From: Candidatus Acidiferrum sp.
GTDB lineage: Bacteria > Acidobacteriota > Terriglobia > Acidiferrales > UBA7541
Length of the DNA stretch: 64,000 bases
Assembly: GCA_041485085.1 (NCBI GenBank)
Contig: JBGPIX010000001.1
Location: 8,564-72,563, forward strand
Reading direction: 5' to 3'
In this document: positions 1 through 8,300 of the stretch, in pieces
How the letters are laid out: each line of letters starts with the position of its first letter
Position numbering within the stretch: position 1 is the first letter of the stretch
The notes under the pieces: model-generated
The model's input: the letters and a program-made list of their open reading frames with translations, nothing else
Databases searched by the model: none
What the model was told of the DNA's origin: nothing
Position numbers and translations under genes: made by a program

Positions 1-355
1 CGAAGACAACCATGGCGCGCAGGAAGGTGATGTGAGTACAACTTCCTGCGAGACACAAGAGAGCGAGGAGGGCCGACAAACCCGGGGGCTGGTTGGCCTC
101 GGGCCGGCCGTTGATGCCGTAATAATGGGACTGGATGAGGGAGCGCGCAGCATCGGCATAGAACACGTCATCCTGCGTGAAATCGACGGTCCGTTCCGTT
201 GAGAAAAAGTGGAATGCACCGAAAGTCAAGAGCAGGGCAAAAATCGCGATATCAGTCCGGCGCAATGAAGAAGACACCTCTAGCATTTGTGCCCAAAGGT
301 CTGTCTTGCGAGGGCTCACGGACTCCACAGTGATGGGGTCGCTAGGCAGCATCAT
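1..355 (-). CDS. 5' part of a GT-C-fold (ArnT/PMT-like) membrane glycosyltransferase, running off the window start
   Basis: Not in the ORF track. Manual translation: MMLPSDPITVESVSPRKTDLWAQMLEVSSSLRRTDIAIFALLLTFGAFHFFSTERTVDFTQDDVFYADAARSLIQSHYYGINGRPEANQPPGLSALLALL... A TM helix is followed by the DD-x2-Y and PPG loop motifs typical of GT-C enzymes. GAGGA lies upstream; an alternative ATG is at 286. Confidence 0.65.
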   Translation of the reverse strand, partial: MMLPSDPITVESVSPRKTDLWAQMLEVSSSLRRTDIAIFALLLTFGAFHFFSTERTVDFTQDDVFYADAARSLIQSHYYGINGRPEANQPPGLSALLALLCLAGSCTHITFLRAMVVF

Positions 356-676
356 CCCGGATGTTAGTCCTCTTGCGGCTCCGCGAGGGAAAGTTTGGAC
401 CTAAGTGCTGCAAAAGATATCGACGAAAAGTTAATCCGTCGTTCTCCCACAGCGCTCCAGCTCTTCGAAAAGCTGGAAGGGGTATACTCGACGGGAAAAG
501 AGTCTGAGCCGTGCATAGTTCGTGACTGTTCGCGCCCGAAGAATTAGCATGACGTATTAGACCAACAGAGCGGACTGCGATAGAGTGAAAATTCTCCTGA
601 AACAGCTGCAATCCACGGTGTTCAAGAGCAATGAAAATTCCTCAGACGCGGGGAAATGAGGGGTAGGCGCCCATCG

Positions 677-2173
677 ATGAAACTGAAATATCTGACAGCG
701 TATGCCCTTTTCTTTCTGACTTTAGCCTGCTCGAAAAATCTGCCGAACAGGGCTTCTCTCAGTCCGGCAGAGAATCCGATAAAAGCGGCCCCCATTTGGG
801 TTGGGTCTTCACCACACGCAGCGGCCACGGCGGGAGCTTTCGCTTATCCGCTTAAGGTATCGGTGAATGGCAGATATCTGATTGACCAAAACAACAAGCC
901 ATTTCGAATTCAAGGCGACTCTGCACAATCGCTCATTACCAATCTCACTTATGAGGAAGCCGCAGCTTACCTCTCAGATAGGCAGGCCAAAGGCTTCAAC
1001 ACCGTTAACGTCAATCTGCTCGAACACAAATTCGCGGTCAAAGCTCCTGCCAACAGGAGGGGCGATGAACCGTTCTCCACACCTGGCAACTTTTCCACAC
1101 CCAACGAAGCCTACTTTGCGTTCGCGGATTCCATCATCGATTTGGCCGCCTCGAAAGGGATGCTCGTCAGTCTTGCGGCGATATATCTCGGCTACGAGGG
1201 AAGAGACGAAGGATGGTGGGCCACGCTAAATAGCAGTGTCAATACGCAAGCCGTTTGTTACAAATTCGGCTTGTACATCGGAAAACGATACAAGGATCGG
1301 AAGAACATACTCTGGGTCATCGGGGGAGATTATCTACCGCCCACGGGCTCGGAAGGAGAAACGCGACTACACAGATTCATGGAAGGCGTGAAGGCGGCCG
1401 GCGCCAATCAGTTATGGGCGGGCGACTGGAACGCCCCGTGCATATCGACCGACGAAAAGGCGTTCGCGTCCGCAATGGACATTAACGCGGTCTATACATG
1501 GGGCATATCGGGGCACACCGGCAGCACTTATGGCGAAGCGCGCAAGGCTTACAATGATTCGCCGTCGCGCCCAGCCTACCTAAAGGAAACAGGCTACGAA
1601 AACGAAAACTGGATACCCGGGGATGCGGCTTCTGTTCGTATGTACGAATACTGGGCGTTCCTGGGCGGGGCGACAGCCGGCGGTTTTTTCGGCAATCGCG
1701 ACATCTGGGAGTTTGCTACGACCAGGTGGTGGTCAAGTCTCGCCTTCGGCCATAGTCGGTGGCAAGAGGCGTTGAACTCCAACGGATCGCTGGACATGAT
1801 GCGCCTCGGACAACTGCTGGATTCGGTGCCATGGTACAGCCTGGTTCCTTCTGGCCAGGCCGGGATGAAGAATCTCGTGACCGAAGGAGGCGGCACGTAC
1901 GGACGACTCGACTACGTCACGGCAGCAGCGACAGCCGACGGAAAAGTGCTGCTCGCCTACGTTCCCCCAACAGTGAAAGGATCGTCCAGCGTGACCGTGG
2001 ATATGACCCAGCTCCGTGGTAATGTGCGTGAGCGCTGGTTCGACCCAACGTCTGGAAGCTACAAAGAGGCAGCAAGTTCCCTCCTTAAGAAGGGAACGAA
2101 GAGCTTTCGGACACCCGGGAAAAACTCGGGTGGCACAACAGATTGGATCCTCGTTCTCCAGGTGAGCGAGTGA
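677..2173 (+). CDS. Lipoprotein, DUF4038/GH140 (apiosidase-like) glycoside hydrolase with C-terminal collagen-binding-like domain
   Basis: Lipobox (LTLAC) after MKLKYLTAYALFF; motifs GRYLIDQNNKPF..GDS, WVIGGD, ETGYE; C-terminal WFDPTSG...DWILVL. Start moved to ATG 677. Confidence 0.8.
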   Translation: MKLKYLTAYALFFLTLACSKNLPNRASLSPAENPIKAAPIWVGSSPHAAATAGAFAYPLKVSVNGRYLIDQNNKPFRIQGDSAQSLITNLTYEEAAAYLSDRQAKGFNTVNVNLLEHKFAVKAPANRRGDEPFSTPGNFSTPNEAYFAFADSIIDLAASKGMLVSLAAIYLGYEGRDEGWWATLNSSVNTQAVCYKFGLYIGKRYKDRKNILWVIGGDYLPPTGSEGETRLHRFMEGVKAAGANQLWAGDWNAPCISTDEKAFASAMDINAVYTWGISGHTGSTYGEARKAYNDSPSRPAYLKETGYENENWIPGDAASVRMYEYWAFLGGATAGGFFGNRDIWEFATTRWWSSLAFGHSRWQEALNSNGSLDMMRLGQLLDSVPWYSLVPSGQAGMKNLVTEGGGTYGRLDYVTAAATADGKVLLAYVPPTVKGSSSVTVDMTQLRGNVRERWFDPTSGSYKEAASSLLKKGTKSFRTPGKNSGGTTDWILVLQVSE

Positions 2174-2324
2174 AAATGAAGTGTAATTGGACCTTCGGCC
2201 TGAACGTGGAAACGGGAGCGCTCATCAAGCTGCGGCGTGATGGGAGCAGCCGGCACGCGTTGAGGACGTAAAACGGCCAGCGCACCGTTCCCCGAAGAGA
2301 TGGGCTCAGGATGGCTCGCCTCAT

Positions 2325-5300
2325 CTATGGGAGCAGTCCGAATACCGTAATCACGCCCTGGCCTCCCACGTAGACTTTCCCGTTGGCAACCGTGGGCACG
2401 GTGAATTTAACAGCGGGACCCGCGACACCAGAGCCGGTGGTCGGACTGCTGAAGAGCAGGTTAGATACGTTGGAAGCGTCGTATGCATTCAAGACAGCGT
2501 TGCCACCAGTAGGCCAGCCGGAGAGATCAAGGACCCAGACAATACCATTAGTAGTGCCGCTGGCAGAGACGGCTGGAATTGCGCCACGGGCAGGATACGT
2601 GTTGGTCGAGACGGCGAACTGCGGAGCCGAGATATTGCCGTTCGCTATTTTGAACTGGCTAAGAGGATAGTTTTGCCCCGTGGTATATATGTTTCCGTTC
2701 CAGTAAGCGGGCACGCCATAATTGCCGCCGTCCAACTGGGTGGTATTGGGCGGTGGGACAGGGATTACTTCTTGAACGTCCAGGTTACTCCCGGAATTGA
2801 ATCTGCCCATATTAGTTTGATCCAAAAGGAAAAGGACCGCGATCTTGCCTGTCGCGAGCGCAAGATGAGGATGCGCGGCAGATCCGACAGAGTCCGGAAG
2901 AATGACGACACCTGCAGAGCCCAAGTCGACGTCGTTAGCATCCAAAGTGGAACGATTGAAAGGAGTGAACCAATCAAGCAATAACCCTGTGGGACTAATC
3001 TTCAGGGTGGATTCGGAGAAGTTCTTGGTTCCGTCGTAAGCACCGTTGCCAGTTGAGGCGTAGAGATTTCCACTGGCATCCGCCGCAGGACCTGCGCCAC
3101 CATCCCAAATCGAGGCACCATTGTTTCCATTGGTGGGATCCGAGGTAGAGAAGACAAACTTCCGCGCCAGTGTGGTTGGATCATACCCGAACAACCAGCC
3201 AAACCAAGGGGAAATGTCACCGTGAGAGCCAAAGGCAATGTAAATGGTGCCGTTGACGAACAATAGCCCCGGCCGGTTGAAATGGCGAAGTGAGACAAAG
3301 TTGGGAGCGGAGATAACGACGGGGCCACCAAATTTATCCAACCCCGTCAGAAGATCCAGGGCATGTAGCCGGCTAATGTAGCATGGCGAACCCGTAGAAC
3401 AGCCTGAACCCACTGTCTCCTTGGTCTTGGCCACAAGATAGATCGTATTGGTCGCCAAATCAATTACGGGCGTGGAAGTAATGCCGATCTCGGGAAATAC
3501 GTCGTCAGTGGCAGCACTAGAAGTCCCCGCGGACGTATCTTGCCAAGACATGGTGGTGACGCCGGACTTGAGGAAAGAGGTCTTCCAAAGTTGAGTACAA
3601 GAAGGAGAATCGGCGTCAAAAGCGTAAACGCTGTCATGCTCGGTGGCCAGGAACACCACATTGCGTGTCGTCGAGGCCACGGTCAGATTGGCTACATACA
3701 GCGGTTGAGCGTAGACGTAGCCATCCACTGGGCAGGAGAACAGCCGCCCGAACGTCGATGAGCTCAGGGTCGAGGGTAACAGGGCGTACTCTTTCAAGGT
3801 CTGGCCGGTCCGCGCATTATCGTAGTGATAAGTCAAGATACCAGAGAGATCCGTAACGGCGATCGTCACGGAGGCGTTCACAGATGCGTTTGAGACACTC
3901 GCTGCAGTGACAGTGTGCTGTCCTGCTTGAGTTCCGGGGGTGAACAACCCGGAGGTGGAGACGGTTCCAGTGGTGCTGTTGCCGCCATTATTGCCGTCAA
4001 CCATCCAGTTGACGCCAAGGTTTTGAGAATCGTTAAAGACCGTCGCTGTGAACTGCTGGGATTGGGAGAACGTTACGGCGGCACGTGCCGGCGCAACCGC
4101 CACACTCAAGGTGCCTTGGGTAACGGTGATAGTGGAGGTGGCAGACTTCGTGTTATCAGCCACTGAAGTGGCTTTGAGCGTAACGGTCGGAGGACTTGGC
4201 AAGGTCGCAGGCGCCGAGTAGCTGACAGTCGTCGCGGTAACGGCGGAAAGCATGCCGCAAGCAGTTCCAGTGCAACCAGCGCCCGAGAGAGACCATGTTA
4301 CGCCCTTGTTCTGGGTGTCATTTTGCAGCGTTGCCGTGAAGCCCTGACTTGCACCGCCGCTGGTAACACTGGCCGTTGGCGGTGCCACGCTTACCGATAT
4401 GGGTGGAGGGGGCGCGCTGCCCGCGGCTCGGAAGGCGACCGCTTGCATGATCCAAGAGCCGGCTGGGGAATCAGGCGCGGTGGCAACGTAGCTCCCCGCC
4501 GAGGCCGCCGCGCGGTCCTCCAAAATGTCGCCGTCCGGGCTGGTGATTACGCGACTTGTGAAGCCAACACCAGGCCCTGTCGTGGTGGTCTGCACCAGAT
4601 TTACGCCGACAATGAGATCGTTGGCGCTAGTGGTTGTGACGGCTCCGCTGCTGGACAGCACGCTGCTTCCTTGCGCCGCCGCAGACGCATCCAAGGCATT
4701 AACGGGATCGACGTTGCTGTATTCAGCGATACGAATGTCAGGGGCATTCGCAGCAGTATTGAAGGTGACCGAGACCACGTTGGCATTTGCCACAGCGGAA
4801 GCAATGTTCTTGGCATAGTAGATGGACTGCGTCGCGATACCGACTTGCACGGTCGGTCCGACCGCGAGGGTGTAAGCATTCCCAGCGGAATCCGTTACCG
4901 AGCTAATTTGGGCTGCTGAGTCGTTCCAGCCCACAGCCACTACGTTTAAGTCACCAGCGTTCTGCGGAGCGGAGAACGGAATTGTAATGGTCGTGGCGCT
5001 TGGGTGTGGTACGGCAAAGTTGCTCTGTATGAAGCCAATTGGAGCCCCCGACGAGGTGACCGTGAAATTCACGCCGTTACTTGCCAAACCTCCCACCGTC
5101 ACGACGACGTTCCCGGTTGATGCTCCTGCCGGCACTGGTGCAGAGATGTTCGTGTCGTTCCAAATCGTGGGAGTTGCGGCTATACCGTTAAAGGTGACCG
5201 TGCTGGTGCCCTGACTCGACCCAAAGTTACTGCCGCTGATGGTGACGGAAGTGCCGGCAGGACCGCCAGTTGGGTTCACCGTGGTAATAGCCGGTGGGGC

Positions 5301-8300
5301 CGTGACGGTGAAGAGAACACCGTTACTGGCGACACCGCTGATGGACACAACGACATTTCCAGTCGTCGCCCCTGCGGGCACAGGAAGGATGATCTGCGTA
5401 TCGCTCCAACTGGTGGTTCTCGCAGAGACGCCGTTGAAGGTCACGCCACTCACTCTGGTGCCGACCGTGGGGCCAAAGTTTGTGCCGTTGATGGTGACGA
5501 CGGCTCCGATTGGCCCTGATACCGGATTAAGGCTGGTGATGTTCGGGGGCGGCGTAACCGTGAAGGGCAAGCCGTTGCTGGCGATTCCGCCGACGCTAAC
5601 CACGACGTTTCCTGTTGTTGCGCCAACGGGAACGGGCACGTCAATGCTCGTATCGCTCCAAGTGTTAGCAGTTCCTACCGTGCCATTAAACGTGACCGTG
5701 CTTGTGCCCTGAGTCGCGCCGAAGTTCGTGCCGACGATGGTTACAACGGCACCCACGGGACCCTGAGTCAAGCCGAGGGAGGTCAGGCTCGGACCGGGTG
5801 AAGTTACCGTAAATGAAACGCCGTTACTGGCCACGCCGCTGACTGTCACGACGACGTTGCCGGTGGTCGCGCCGTTCGGAACCGGTGCGGCAATGCTCGT
5901 CGCACTCCAGCTTGTAGGAGTTGCCGTGATGCCATTGAAAGTGACGGTGCTGCTTCCTTGGCTCGCGCCGAAGTTTGCTCCGGCGATCACTACGGACGCA
6001 CCGACCGTTCCGGAATTTGGCGTCAAGCTGGTGATACTCGGTGGAATAACGACGGTGAAATTCAGGCCATTGCTCGCGAGACCGCCGACAGTGACGACAA
6101 CGTTCCCGGTTGTCGCTCCGGCAGGCACCGGTACCGCGATGCTCGTGGCGCTCCAACTCGTGGGTGGTGCCGCGGTGCCATTGAATGTAACCGTGCTGGT
6201 TCCTTGTGACGCGCCGAAGTTCGCCCCGGCAACTATTATTGACGTGCCCACTATTCCGGAGTTCGGAGTCAGGCTAGTAATGCTCGGTGGAACGAGAACT
6301 GTAAAGCTTATTCCGTTGCTCGCAACGCCGCCGACAGTAACCACAACGTTGCCGGTGGTCGCTCCTGTGGGAACAGGCGCAGTAATGCTGGTCGCACTCC
6401 AGGCAGTTGGGGTGGCAGTGGTCCCGTTGAATTTTACCGTGCTGGTGCCCTGAGAAGCGCCGAAATTTGTGCCTGTGATGATGACCGAGGCGCCTACAAG
6501 TCCTGACGTGGGATTAAGGTTGGTGATGCTCGGCGGAGGAACAGTGACGGTGAAGGTCACACCATTGCTGGCGGTGCCGCCGACAGTGACAACGACATTG
6601 CCGGTGATCGCGCCCGTCGGCACGGGAACGGCGATGCTGGTCGCGCTCCAGCTCGTGGGAGTTGCTGCTGTGCCATTGAAAGTAACGGTGCTGGTGCCTT
6701 GAGAAGCGCCAAAGTTTGTGCCGGTGATCGTTACTGATGTGCCGACGACGCCTGAAGTCGGATTCAAACTGGTGATCGATGGGCCCGTTGTACCGCCGCC
6801 ACTGGCAGCCTTGAATGCGGCAAGTCCCGCGCCCCAGCTATCCGATGCGCTAAACGTGACTCCTGCAGAAACGGTTCCGGCGGTGGCTTGAATCTGGTCT
6901 TCTTCGGCTAGTTTGGTGTTCGGAGCCGCGGGAACGGTCTCTTCAATCTTGTATCCGGTTGCCGCGGTGTAGGTTGCGGGATTCCCCGTCAGAATCGCGC
7001 CGATGAGCAGGTCACCGTTGGCGGTCATAAGCGCATTGCCAGTATTGGCAGTGGCGCTGGTGCCCTGCGCGGTAGCAACCACGTCCAAGGAATTGGAGAG
7101 GGCGACCCCCGAGTATTCGAGAATGGCGAAGCGCAGCGTATTGTTGGAAATGCTCTCGGCTACCGTAACGGTGTTGGCGCCACCAGCGATGTTCTCGGCG
7201 TAGAAAATCCCGAGCGTGTCACCGTTGGGAGTGTCCGTCGTAACATTATATTGAATCGCAGTGTGGTACGCATTTCCCCGCGTGTCCGAGACGGTCAAGA
7301 CTTGTCCCGCCTTGCCTGCACGAATGATTACAGCGATCCAGTTCCCCGCGGTATTGTTGGAATTAAATGCCAGAGTCGAAGAGGCAGTGATGCCAGCATC
7401 CTTGCTGCGGTGCTGGACAAGGACGATCGCACCCGTTGTCAGAGTCACCGTAAAATTCGAACCATTGCTGGCCTGGCCGCCGACCGTCACAACCACGTTG
7501 CCCGTCGTGGTACCCGCAGGAACCGGCACGAGGATGGTTGTTGCATTCCAGCTTGTGGGCGTTGCGGCGATGCCATTGAATGTAACGGTGCTTGTCCCTT
7601 GCGTGGCGCCAAAATTTGCGCCCGTGATTGTGACCGGAGTACCAACAGATCCTGACGCCGGATTCAAACTCGTAATGCTCGGCGGCACGACGACAGTAAA
7701 GTTCGAGCCATTGCTTGCGACACCGCCAACGGTAACTACGACGTTGCCCGTGGTGGCGCCGGTCGGCACAGGGACGGTGATGCTGGTAGCCGTCCACGCC
7801 GTCGGCGTTCCGGTTGTTCCATTAAATGTGACCGTGCTGGTACCCTGAGTCGCTCCGAAGCTTGTACCTGTAATCGAAACGGAAGTGCCGACGACGCCGG
7901 AATTCGGGTTGAGGCTCGTGATATTTGGAGTGACCGAGAAGCTGATGCCATTGCTAACCTGACCGCCGACGGTGACGACGACGTTGCCGGCTGTGGCGCC
8001 CGTGGGCACTGGAACGGTGATGCTTGCCGCGCTCCATGCAGTCGGAATTCCCGCTGTTCCATTAAAGGTGACGGTGCTGGTGCCCTGGCTCGCGCCGAAG
8101 TTTGCTCCCACGACGATCACCGATGTACCAACCACGCCTGAAGTGGGATTGAGGCTGGTGATGCTCGGTGGAGGAATCGTTACAGTAAAGCTGATGCCGT
8201 TGCTGGGTTGCCCGCCGACCGTGACCACCACGTTGCCGGTCGTGGCACCCGTGGGCACTGGGACGGTGATGCTTGTCGCGCTCCATGCGGTCGGAATTCC

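Noticed and set aside
2268-2280. GTAAAACGGCCAG resembling the M13 forward primer
   Set aside because: It lacks the internal 3 nt of the primer and has no flanking lacZ/vector sequence, so it is a chance match.
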